From assembly GCA_963514005.1 (NCBI GenBank), contig OY740794.1:50654001-50718000 (forward strand): a DNA stretch of 64,000 nucleotides, read 5' to 3'. The translations under genes and the position numbers were made by a program. Positions within the stretch are counted from its first letter, which is position 1, and each line of letters begins with the position of its first letter. Below are positions 40,536 through 52,598 of this stretch, one piece after another. Source of the DNA: Raja brachyura (taxonomy: Eukaryota). Below the pieces are notes generated by a model. It saw only the letters and a list, made by a program, of their open reading frames with translations, was not told the DNA's origin and ran no database searches.

Positions 40536-42160
40536 CTATTAGAAAGAACTAATGACAAATGCAAACAATTACAAAAATATCCCTTTGCTGCATGTCTCCA
40601 AGGACAATTTAAAGATGTTTGCCCTGCTCCGAATACTTTTCCTGCTTTAACACAAGGTCATTGCTAATTCTTGATCAACCAGCAGGAATTTCACACTGAC
40701 CCTCTGGATCAAGCTAATGAGGATAAGGCCAAGGAGGATTTCAACCCTGACCTTGAAAACAAACTCTGGACATCCTCCTCGTGACTTCAACATAAGTGTG
40801 GTAAAGGTACAACCCCCTTGCAAGATGTGATTGGCAAATGGTGGGTGGTGTGCTGGTCTCAACCAAATCTACTGTATTATCTCTATAACCCTATTCCTAA
40901 TCCATATCCGTCTGTATCCAAGACGAGGAAGGCCGTCAATACCCACTAGTTCTTAGAAACAGTTCTAAGACCTCCTCAACCATGAATCTGTTTTTAATAT
41001 AAGCACACTTCACTCCGTCTTACAACAAACTATTCAGACCAACCTTGCCACTGTCTGACCAACATAAGTCAAAAAGACCACAGGGTCAGACAGCTGCAAA
41101 CAGATCCAATATTTACCACTTGAATAGTTGCTCGCATGAAGAACACAGAAGTATTTTTACTGCATTTTATATTTAGACATTGAAAGAAGGATAAGAACTG
41201 GGGACAAAACATTAACCTTATATTTGAGTGTGGTGACTTAGGTACAGGGAAATGTGGACCTATTAAAGATAAATATTAGACGTCAATGTTAAGAAGAATA
41301 ATTGACATTTATTATAATTAATTCATTTTCATTTCATTGTGAAGAAAGGATACAAGATACCAGCAGTAAAAGTGGGCCAAAAAATAAGTAAAAGGTAGAT
41401 CAAGTAGATTTAATATTAAGAGTGTCAAGGTAAAAAATGAATGGAACTTAAGAAAGGTATACTTGAAGGACCTGTTGATTATTTTGCTATAAATAAATGT
41501 TAGATGTCGCCAAGATTGTGAATTGTGCTTTGGATTGGAACATACTATTACTTAACACAAAATGGAAGGAAAAACAAGTAAATGTTGCTCTGTTCATTTA
41601 GCTTTGATTGTGAGGAAGTTACAGAAATCATTGATTGCTCACTGAATTACTGAGCTCTTGGACAAGAAGAAGTTGGACATAATTTATTTTTGATTTGCAA
41701 TGGGTTGTTCGTGTGTGTTTAAGCCAGTTTAATTTTTTGAGATGGTCACTGTGATGGATAAGGGAATGTCTGTGGATACTGACTCTCTGGTTATCCTACA
41801 TTTGAAAAGGCACAAAGTGCTGGAGTAACTCAGCAGGGTCAGGTAGCATCTCTGGAGAAAATTGATAGGTGACGTCACTTACCCATGATCTCCAGAGATG
41901 CTGCCTGACCCGCTGAGTTATTCCAGCACTTTGTACCTTTTTTTCCTAAACCAGCATCTGCCGTTCCTTGTATCTACATACCCTACATTTTGCAGAAGAT
42001 ACGATGAACAAAGATAAAAGCAGGAAGGGATTATTTGATGTGGTGGTTAATTGGCTATGTGGGCAAACGCAAAAGATGGAATTAAAATGAATATATGCTA
42101 ATGTTTGAATATGATAAATAAATATTTTTTGGGTAACTATACCAAGGCATCACAGGCAAA

Positions 42161-42600
42161 TAGAAACATAGAAACATAGAAAATAGGTGCAGGAGTAGGC
42201 CATTCGGCCCTTCGAGCCTGCACCGCCATTCAATGTGATCATGGCTGATCATCCAACTCAGTATCCCGTACCTGCCTTCTCTCCATACCCCCTGATCCCT
42301 TTAGCCACAAGTGCCACATCTAACGCCCTCTTAAATATAGCCAATGAACTGGCCTCAACTACCTTCTGTGGCAGAGAATTCCAGAGACTCACCACTCTCT
42401 GTGTAAAGAATGTTTTCCTCATTTCGGTCCTAAAGGAATTCCCCCTTATCCTTAGACTGTGACCCCTTGTTCTGGACTCCCCCAACAACGGGAACAATCT
42501 TCCAGCATCTAGCTTGTCCAACCCCTTAAGAATTTTGTAGGTTTCTATAAGATCCCCCCTCAATCTTCTAAATTCCATCGAGTACAAACCGAGTCTATCC
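42161..42600 (-). mobile_element. CR1 LINE 3' end (young)
   Basis: Open LGLYSMEFRRLRGDLIETYKIL...RVVSLWNSLP frame; (CATAGAAA)n tail. Confidence 0.92.
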
Positions 42601-44744
42601 AAACCGAGTCCAAATGCCGATGACAAACCGAGTACAAACCGAGTACAAACCGAGTCCAAACCGAGTCCAAATGCCGATGAATAGTTAAAATCAACAACAT
42701 TATATGTACACAAACCATATGATAGCTGTCAAAGCAATTTACAGCAAAATCTCATGTAATATTCAGAGGCACTCAGAATTTTTTTAAAAATTCATTTTTT
42801 TCTCAGTCATAACCCAAGTGGTCCAGCGCAGAGTTGAATGTCAGTGTACCGTGTCCACTGCCCATCTGTTGTAGCAGTAGACAAATTGAAGTTGGTCTTG
42901 TTTTTTACTGAGGTAGGAGTTGATTTACATCATAACCAGCCTAGATTAGAATGGAGTTCATTAGAATGGACATGAGTACCACCACTAGGTAAACCCTATT
43001 AATTCCCAGTTTCTATATCCGTGCCAATAATGTCTATGGTGAAATTGTCACAGCCAGGACAATTTGCTAAATGCGAAACAACATAGTCTAGTGATGGAAA
43101 CTTAAAAGCATGAAAACCATAAACTGCAACTTACTTTATTAGTTAAAAAACAAGAGACTGCAGATGCTGGAATCTTAAGCAGAAAATAAAGTGCTAGAGG
43201 AACTCAGTGGTTCAGGCAGCATCTGTGGAGGGAAATGGACAGACGACATTTCAGGTCGGAACCCTTCTGATGACAATCTGAAGAACGGTCTCGACCAAAA
43301 CATTGTCTGTCCATTTCCGTCCACAGACGCTGCCTGACCTGCTGAGTGCCTCCAGCAGTTCGTTTTTTGTTCAAGGATTGTTAAATACTAAACAACATAA
43401 TCTAGGGAATGAAACTTAGAAATATGAAATTCATACACTGCAACTTACTCTGCAAGTATGCTTGATATTCTTGCAGTAATCCTGTTGCTTCCATCAATAT
43501 TTAATGCGAATGGTTGGAATATTTTGCTGACCCAGAAAATGATATGTACATTTTGTTCTCAGCTCGGTTGCAGTTTCATTCCCAGCAGTTTACTTTAGTT
43601 TAGAAATACAGCGCGGAAACAGTCCCTTCGGCCCATCGGGTCTGTGCCTACCAGTGATCAACCATACACTAGTAATGTCCTGTAGACTGGGAACAATTTA
43701 CAATTTTTACCGAAGCCAAATTAACCTGCAAACCTGTACGTCTTTGGAGTGTGGGAGGAAACCAGAGTACCTGGGGAAAACATGCAAACTCTGTACAAAC
43801 AACATCCTTCGTCGGGATTGAACCCGGGTCTCGGGCGCTGTAAGACAGCAGCTCCACCGTTGCGCCATCATTCAGTCCCTAATCAAGTAAATCAAGCTAA
43901 CTTGTATTCCCTTTATCCCAGTCTCTTTATACTGGCATCTTCCCGTTTCATTCTCAATTGATTGATTAAGAGTTTCCACCTGAACTGTCGACAAATTCTT
44001 CACCTCCCTTCCTCCAAAGACACTGCTCAACCTGCTGAGTTCCTCCAGCAGATTGTTTGTAGCTGTAATTTTATTAATTGGTAGAGCAGAGAGATCTACT
44101 TTGATCTGGTGCAATCAAAACTAAATTGTGTTAAAAGTTGATCCTATATTCATACTATCACAGAGAGTGAAGAGGGTAAAGCTTGTGGGTTAGGACTAGT
44201 TGATAATAAGATTCAAATACTTATACAGCGAGGGGGTTTATTTGAGAGTGAAGAAACAGTTCAGAAACAGTTAGACAGGTACGTGGATTGGGTAGGTTTA
44301 GAGGAATATGGGACCAAACGCTTGTAGGTTGGACAAGTGTAGCTGGGACATGTGACCGGTATGGGCAAGTTGGGCCAATGGGCCTGTTTCCACAGTGTAT
44401 GACTCTGTGACTCTATGAAGGAAGGGAAAGATTTGCAGAGAACAGGGAAATTATGTGGATGCTGTACGAGTTGTAATTTATGTAACATGCACAAATCCAT
44501 AACATCGGCGGCACAGTGGCTGGTAGAGCTGGGTTCGATCCTGACCTTGGGTACTGGCTATATAGTTCGTATGTTCTCCCTGTTACTGCGTGGGCTTCCT
44601 TCCCGTGCTCTGGTTGTCCCCCACATCCCAAAGACACGTGGCTTTGTAGGTTAATTGGCCTCTGTAAATTGCCCCGACTGTGTAGGGAGTGGATGACAAA
44701 GTGATAACATAGAACTAGTGTGAACGGGTGAGTGATGGTCAGCT

Positions 44745-45445
44745 CACAATCACAATCACAATAATACTTTATTAGCCAAGTGTGTTTTACAACATACGAG
44801 GAATTTCATTTGCCAAATTAGTCATACAAATAAAAAGCAAAGGAATACACAAAATACATTTTAACATAAACATCCACTACAGTGAATCCTCCACATTCCT
44901 CACTGTGATGGAAGGTGAAAAAAAGTTCAATCTCTTTCCTTCTTTGCTCTCCAGCGGTTGGGGGCCTCAAGCCCTCCATTGATGGGACGATCTTGTCTCC
45001 CGTAGTCGGCGTTTGGGCCCTGTGCATCGAGACGATCAGCTCCTGCATCGGGGGGATGTCAGCACCCCCGCGCCGGCGATCGGACCCCGGGTCGGGGCTG
45101 TCGAACCTATGCGTCTTTGGAGCTCTCGACTCGGCCTCACCCGAGACTGCGAGCTCTCGATGGTAAAGTCTGCAGGCCGCGGTTGGAACAATCCCAGGCA
45201 AGGGATCGGCTCCGATGTTGAGTCCACGCCCCGCGGTTGGGCTCAAAGTCAGTGCGAGGAGGCCTCCAGTTCCATTGATGTTAGGCCGCAGAGCGACCGG
45301 TTATGCGACCCGGAAAACAATTGCATCTCCGGCAAGGTAAGAGACTGAAAAAAAGTTTCCTCGACGCCCACCCTCCACATTAAACAAACCGGAGCACATT
45401 TACACAAACTTTTGAAACACGCTAAAAATAAAACTTTACTATGCA
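44745..45445 (-). mobile_element. Second copy of the unclassified retroposon
   Basis: Reverse-complement similarity to 26730-27220; (CACAAT)n tail at 44745-44763. Confidence 0.6.
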
Positions 45446-46663
45446 TTTTACAGAAATCTCTGGGGTCAAGGAAAGAGTGTTTACTTCACGGCCCACATCA
45501 CATACCAGGAATTTGCCTTGGTGGCAACCATTCTGCACAACCCTGACCACAACCCCAAGTCCACAACCAAATCAATTGGACTTTGCACTACTATGATTAA
45601 TCTATGTACATTTGGGGTTTTTTTGCAATATTGATTTATTAGTCATTTTGAATAACTGATAATCTATTACATGTTTATTTGTTTTTACTTTTGTGGCTCA
45701 CATATCTGTAAAGTTGCAGCAAGTAGGGCTTTCATTGTTCCGAAGATAGACACAAAATGCTGGAGTAACTTAGCCAGACAGCATTTTGAGTCTATCTTCG
45801 GTGAAAACCAGCATCTGAATTCATTGCTCCTTTTCATATCCAGTGCATTCTTGAATTTTGAATCTTGAAGTTTTCAGAGATTTCTGTCTTCTTCTTATCA
45901 AGTCCACATCAAAAGATTAGACATTGTTCAGCCAGAGCTGAACACACTTCTTGGCATCTGCAAACAGTTGTGTCTTGCGCCTCTTGTGCTTGTTGTGCAT
46001 GGTGGTAGAAAGAGTGGTGGAAATAGGGCCGTGGCATGAACGCTCTTTCCTTGACCCCAGAGATTTCTATAAAATGCATAGTAAATTGTGTAGACACAAA
46101 AAGTTAGTTTGTAGCTAGTTTGAGTAACTCAGCGGGACAGGCAGCATCTCTGGAGAGAAGGAATGGGTGATGTTTCGGGTCGAGACCCTTCTTCAGATCT
46201 GCAAATTGTGTAGATGGGCTTAGAAATTAGGAAGGAACATGGTCAGATTAAGTGGGTATGCAAAATTAAGACAACGTTCTAAAGAAATATATTGAATTCC
46301 ACATTGTATTCAACAAAGATGACAGGGAAATTCCTTCACAAAGGAATTTGAAACATCTGAAACCTCTCAGGTTGTACTCGCAAGAGATAATTTGGCGATT
46401 GCAATTATTGCAGGTCTTATTTAAAACCAATTTGAGTAAATGTTGCCTCAGGCATAAAGGACTGGTTTGGTTACAGGGAGAGATTCAGCTCTTAGCATTA
46501 CATCTAAGGGAAAAACTGTTTGGAGTGGGATAGACACAAAATGCTGGAGTAACTCAGCGGGTCTGGGAGCATCTCTGGAGAAAAGGAATAGGCAACGTTT
46601 TGGGCCAGACTTCTTCAGACTGACCTTGGAGGATTGATCTTGGAGGGGGTTCAGATATCCCAT

Positions 46664-49600
46664 TGTTAATCCTGGCTAAAACAGCCATAGCACCAACATT
46701 TAGTGAGGACTTATGTACTGTTAAGCCATTTTGGTTAAGTTTGATGTGCTCTGCAGATGTAAGACAAGCTGCTGAATGGTGCCAGCAAGTCTGGTGCCCA
46801 GATCTGTGCTGCAGAGAATGAATGAGACATCTGCAGAGTTCTTACAATGAGGTGTAAAAGGCATAGAGTTGATTGGATCAATGCAAACTAAGTGTACATA
46901 CAAATAATGTTGCGAGATGGTTAATTGTTGATTGGTTGAAATGGTGACCCTATTAATTGTTGATTGGTTGAAATGTTGAGCCTTGGAGGAACTGTTCGAA
47001 TCCCAGAGAAAAAGTTGCACTATTCATTTGTGTTGGCTTCCTTCTGGAAGCTTCTTTCAAATGCAATGTATTTAAGATTATGTTATTGCACTGGGGAGCT
47101 GTCAATTATATACTGTTGTAATTAATATGTTTGATTGGATTGTACAGAGACCACCTCCATGAAGTTCGGTCCCTCAAGGTTCGGGGACCTATAAAAGGCA
47201 GCCCCCATGATATCCTTTGTCGATCTTCTGGAAGAGCGCTTGGGACTGAGTGACCTTTTGGAGTGTCTCTGCTTGCATGAGGCTAGAGGGCTTGGCCAAG
47301 CTTTTACAAGGATCGAACCCGCTGTGGGGTTTAGGTATCGTATAGGGGAATTTGTTGTGTTATCCAAAAATAAAGTTTAGTTGTTCAAGTGCTTGAATCA
47401 GTATTTTATTGACTGAACTAGAATGGGGGGAAGCTTAGAAGAGCATATTTACATTGGGTGTTCTCAACGGACCCACAAACGTAAGCTTGCAATTAAGGGT
47501 GTTCAGCTGTTCCCAATCGCGAGCGCAGAAATCGCGAGTGCACAGTGCGGTTTTCGCATCGATTTTCGTCAGTTTACTAGTCGGAGCAGATCGATCATTG
47601 GAGGGCTTGGGAAAGGGTCCCAACGAGATTGTACGAGTGGGTTAAAGGCCATGTCCTTTGGGTTAGAAGCAAATGGCCGCGCCAGTCAAATGGCCAGAGC
47701 TGTGAGGCACTATTGGAAGTATGGTAGCAAACAGGAAGATTATCCTGTAACCAAAAGAGAAACTGAACGTATAGTTAAGAAGGAGGGACCAAGCTCTGGC
47801 TCAGGACCATGCAGTCCTCAAATGTTAGCAAGGAATGGAATGGGAGAAATTAGAGTCCCAGACTACCCAGATTATTATTACAATTATACTCCAGATTTAG
47901 AACCAATTCTACTGGAACCAAGTGGTAAAATAAATTCAACCACATTACCTAATCAATGTTATACTTGTGGGGGAATGGGACCTGACTTACCAACCCGTCC
48001 AGGAATTGTGGACTTGGTAATATGACCTCTACCCTAGCACCCACTCAAGTAATTTACCAGAATGAAAGAATTGGATGTTCTATCATAGTAAAAATTGAAG
48101 ATCACATAAGGAAAAATTCTAAGCAATTCTATAACTGTCCAAGAAAAACCCATTTAGCAAAGAACTCTGTAAATCTAGGAGCTGGTTGTACCTGTAAACA
48201 ATTAGGTTATTGGAGTAAAGAATGCCCAGCTAGAAGGAAGAATATAGCAGAGTGAAGGAGATATCAAGGAACAATAAAGAAATTAAGAAAAGGAGCTGGT
48301 GTCAAAAGAAAAGGAAAATAATTGAAGGGAACTCAGATTGGCACTAGGGAAAGAAGAAATGAATTTATTGTGCAGGGTGTGTAGGAGTAAGGAATAGGAT
48401 CAATTGTAAACTTGATTAATATCTTGTCATTTAAGTTGTTGTGCCTCTAGGACAGTGTCACCTACAACATGTCATTATCTGGGGAGTGAGGTGAAAGAGT
48501 ATGTGGACCCTCAAGAACGGGCGGAAGACACAGCTCAGGTAGGATGTGTAGCCATCATCTCCATCCAGGTAGCTCCCCAGAGACAAAGACAAACCACAAG
48601 GAAGAAGTGATACTATCCTGTCCCTTTAATATATAACATCTGGGAAAGGTCAACAGACAAAGAAGGCTGCTCCTCAGTATTCCTACTCCTTCAGAATTAA
48701 TATAGAGAAGGAAAAAGAAGATGCATACCCTAGTGGCCAACTTTATCAATATAAGAACATAACATATATTTGACACCAGTGAAGGGAAAAGAAACGAACT
48801 ACGTCTAAAACTTTCTGAAGAAATACAGATAGCCTCTGAAGACCATTGGGGCAAGCTCCAACTTGAAAAATTAAATTTGGAAATCTGGAAATGAATACTC
48901 CTCTGTGGTTCAGGGACACCTACTCTGCGCCTAAATTTTAGTTATTAGAAATAAATTGACAAAATTCTGAATTTGATCTTTAAATTGTGTAGTGATGAAT
49001 TGGAAGGACTTTAAAATTTGAGATTTGGAAATGGCTTTTGCGATATAGTTTTAAAACGAATTGGAAAATTGATTGTTGACATGGCATTCTTTTCTTGTCT
49101 CACCCGATAATCGAATATGGGACGGGACTGTATAGTGGCTATCAAGAAAGGGACAGACCTTTGCAGATATCAGAAGTTAAGAAATACCCTCGGAACGTAA
49201 GGTGGTGCTGTAGAATGATGAGGTAGACTGAAAGTTTAAATAACAAGTTCCCCTCGGAAAGGTCAATACGAACCATCCAGAAAGTTACTCAGTGGTAAAA
49301 GGAGACTAGTTATAAGGAAGAATCCCTATTGCCTGTGAATCTATTCAACGTACTAAGAAAATGTTGGATTAGATTGGATTAGAAGTACTGGGGGAATGGG
49401 TACATGTTGTCAGAGTCGATGTATTTGACCGGTGAATCAAAATTTATGTAACCCTTGATAATAAAGCGGCTCCTATTATCAAGGTGTAAATAAATTGTTC
49501 CTGGATTCGGCATTCTTAATTGGCTATATAGTAATCTACAACATATGGAAATTAATTGATTAAATTAGAACAGATGGGAATTCCACAGCAATTGAATTGA

Positions 49601-50637
49601 ATTGTGCTTATTGACCACAAGCTGTAGAATGGAAAAGGATGAGATGGACCCTGGAGCTCAAAATGTTCAATTGAAGGCTGAGACTGAATTGGAGCATTCC
49701 CCATGGTTATTTTGAATACGAGTCACGCCTGTAGGGAAATCTGGACTGAACCTAGCTGAAATTTATATAAGGAACCATCATCATGAATACATTGGAAACC
49801 ACTGTGTGACTGAGGAGATAACTGACTGCATGTTAATGTTGATCCTAGTATGGGAACGATCGTATCACAGAATAGTACAGAAAAAGGGCTTGTGGATGAC
49901 AGGAATGTATGGGAAAGCATCAGTGCATGAATGGTTACTTACTTCATCCCAAGTTCTCTTAGGAATTACAGGTTCAACTATGGACCAAATAGAGAGTGAT
50001 TGACAACACAGATGGAAGGGATTTGCACCAACAAAAACGCAGGAGGTGAAAATTCATCAGACGGGAAATTATGAAGCTACACCTACGAAAACTCGGGAAG
50101 CTTGATGAGATTCTGGAAAGATACATCATCATCTTGTTGTTAATATGATTGATGATGAACGTTGAGCCTTGCAGGAACTGTTCGCATCCCAGGGCAAATG
50201 TTACACTATGCATTAGTGTTAGCTTCCTTCTGGAAGCTTCTTTCAAATACAATGTATTTAAGATTATGTTATTGGGCTGGGAAGCTGTCAATTATGTACT
50301 GTTGTAATTAATATGTTTGATTGGATTGTACAGAGACCACCTCCATGTAGTTCGGCCCCTCAAGGTTCGGGGACCTATAAAAGGCAGCCCCCACAAGTTC
50401 CTTTATTGATCTTCTGGAAGAGCGCTCGGGACGGCGTGACCTTTTGGATTGTCTCTGCTTGCACGAGGCTAGAGGGCTTAGCCAAGCAGATACATGGATC
50501 AAACCCGCGGTGGTTTAGCTATGGTATAGGGGAATTTGTTGTGTTATATAAAAATAAAGTTTAGTAGTTCAAGTGCTTGAATCAGTATTTTATTGACTGA
50601 ACTAGAATGGGGGAAGCTTAGAAAGAACATATTTACA
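46664..50637 (+). mobile_element. Internally deleted class-I (gamma/epsilon-like) endogenous retrovirus
   Basis: 5' LTR 46664-47453 (TGTTAAT...TTTACA, TATA ~47190, AATAAA ~47369) and partial 3' LTR ~50140-50637. Gag zinc-knuckle remnants (CYTCG; CTCKQLGYWSKEC). Integrase remnants (VDVFD; CAY*PQ...RM..TL; GLNLAEI) at ~49390-49770. Confidence 0.85.
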
Positions 50638-51477
50638 CCTCCGCACCAAATATATGTTCACATGACTGATCCTAGGGCTAGTATTTCTCTAAAGCCGTTA
50701 ACACCATTAAGTTCCTTAATATGATCTCCTATTCTTCTAAAATTAGCCCAGCAAACGTAACCTCTCCCTGCACAACAAAAAACTTAATCCAAGGAATTCA
50801 TCTATTGAATCTTTCCTGCACTCCTGAATTACAGGATATCCTTCTTTAGGAAAGGCAAGCAGAATTGTACTCCATATTCATGTGATAGGAGCTGAAGTAG
50901 GCCATTCGGCCAATCAAGTCTACTCCACCATCCAATCGTGGCTGATCTATCCCTCCTAACCCCATAGTCCCTTATACTCATACCAATCAAGAACATATCT
51001 GCCTTAAACATACCCATTGACTTGGCCTCCACAGCCTTCTGTGGCAATGAATTCCACAGATTCACCACCCTAGGCCGTATGTATGTGGAATATGTTTTCT
51101 CTATTCTTGTAATAGAGACCAAAGTACCTTTAGCCCTCATAATTGGTTCTTGTACCTGCATGGTAACTTTCAATAATTCATATGCAAGAACAGAGGTATC
51201 AAAGTCCTTTTGAATGCCAATACCTTTCAGATTCTCACCGGTTTAATATATTCCACCCTTTCAACAAAATAGATGACAGTATAATTTTTCATTTTGTATT
51301 CCATCTTGCCCATTTAGTTAATCCACTAATATCTTCTTGAACACTGTCCATAATTTTAGAAGGCTATAGTGATAGTGTCAAAAGAGACTTCAGAAGAACT
51401 TGAAAGGAGAGGAAATATTAAAATCAAGACATTGCTTAATTCTAATTCAATGTAAGGTAGATACGGTAAGGTGGAGG

Positions 51478-52228
51478 CCGATTAGGAAAAGGGGAGATGC
51501 AGCGCGACCTGGGTGTCATGGTACACCAGTCATTGAAAGTAGGCATGCAGGTACAGCAGGCAGTGAAGAAAGCGAATGGTATGTTAGCTTTCATAGCAAA
51601 AGGATTTGAGTATAGGAGCAGGGAGGTTCTGCTTCAGTTGTATAGGGTCTTGGTGAGGCCACCTGGAGTATTGCGTACAGTTCTGGTCTCCAAATCTGAG
51701 GAAGGACATTATTGCCATAGAGGGAGTGCAGCGAAGGTTCACCAGACTGATTCCTGGGATGTCAGGACTGTCTTATGAACAAAGACTGCATAGACTCGGT
51801 TTATACTCTCTGGAATTTAGGAGATTGAGAGGGGATCTTATAGAAACTTACAAGATTCTTAAGGGGTTGGACAGGCTAGATGCAGGAAGATTGTTCCCGA
51901 TGTTGGGGAGTTCCAGGACAAGGGGTCACAGCTTAAGGATAAGGGGGAAATCCTTTAGGGCCGAGATGAGAAGGAATTTTTTCACACAGAGAGTGGTGGG
52001 TCTCTGGAACTCTCTGCCACAGAGGGTAGTTGAGGCCGGTTCATTGGCTATGTTTAAGAGGGAGTTAGATGTGGCCCTTGTGGCTAAGGGGATCAGAGGG
52101 TATGGAGAGAAGGCAGGTACAGGATACTGAGTCGGATGATCAGCCATTATCATATTGAATGGCGGTGCAGGCTCGAAGGGCCGAATGGCCTACTCCTACA
52201 CCTAATTTCTATGTTTCTATGTTTCTAT
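51478..52228 (+). mobile_element. CR1 LINE 3' fragment (young)
   Basis: QRDLGV...LYRVLVRP and RRLRGDLIETYKIL...WNSLP; (TTTCTATG)n tail. Confidence 0.92.
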
Positions 52229-52317
52229 ACATATAATGCTTGCTTGAAGGGCTGAATGGCCTACTGCACCTATTGTCTATTGGTCATAACACATAGATAA
52301 TAGGTCAATAGAATTTA

Positions 52318-52598
52318 TAGGCCTGTTCCCCTTATGCAACTTTTTTGGCGACTGCCGGCACCCGTCATAGGTCGTTGCAGATCGCTGAAAATTTTCAACA
52401 TGTTGAAAATCCAGCGGCGACCAGAATAAGGTACGACACTTTGGGTGACTGCTCATGACCATACAGGATTCACTCCGCGACATGTCACCAGCATGTCGCT
52501 TGTGTGGTCGTGAGTAGTTTCCTCAGTCGCCCAAAGAGTCGTAGCGTCTTTTTGGTCACCGCTGGATTTTCAACATGTCGCGTAAGTGGGAAGGCCCA
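52318..52598. mobile_element. PIF/Harbinger-type MITE
   Basis: Degenerate GGCCTGT.CC.CTTA TIRs and TTA TSD. Shares the internal palindrome ttttcaacatgttgaaaa with the 21.4 kb copy. Confidence 0.75.

Noticed and set aside
42580-42685. CRISPR-like array
   Set aside because: Eukaryotic context; short units derived from the adjacent CR1, with no unique spacers.
46849-46860. GAGGTGTAAA / TTTACACCTC inverted repeat as the ERV boundary
   Set aside because: The solo LTR at 15.0-15.8 kb shows that this family's LTR starts TGTTAAT..TGGCTAAA, which places the start at 46664.
47423-48025. 200-aa ORF as a host gene
   Set aside because: Begins in the LTR and runs through ERV leader and gag remnants; it is part of the provirus.
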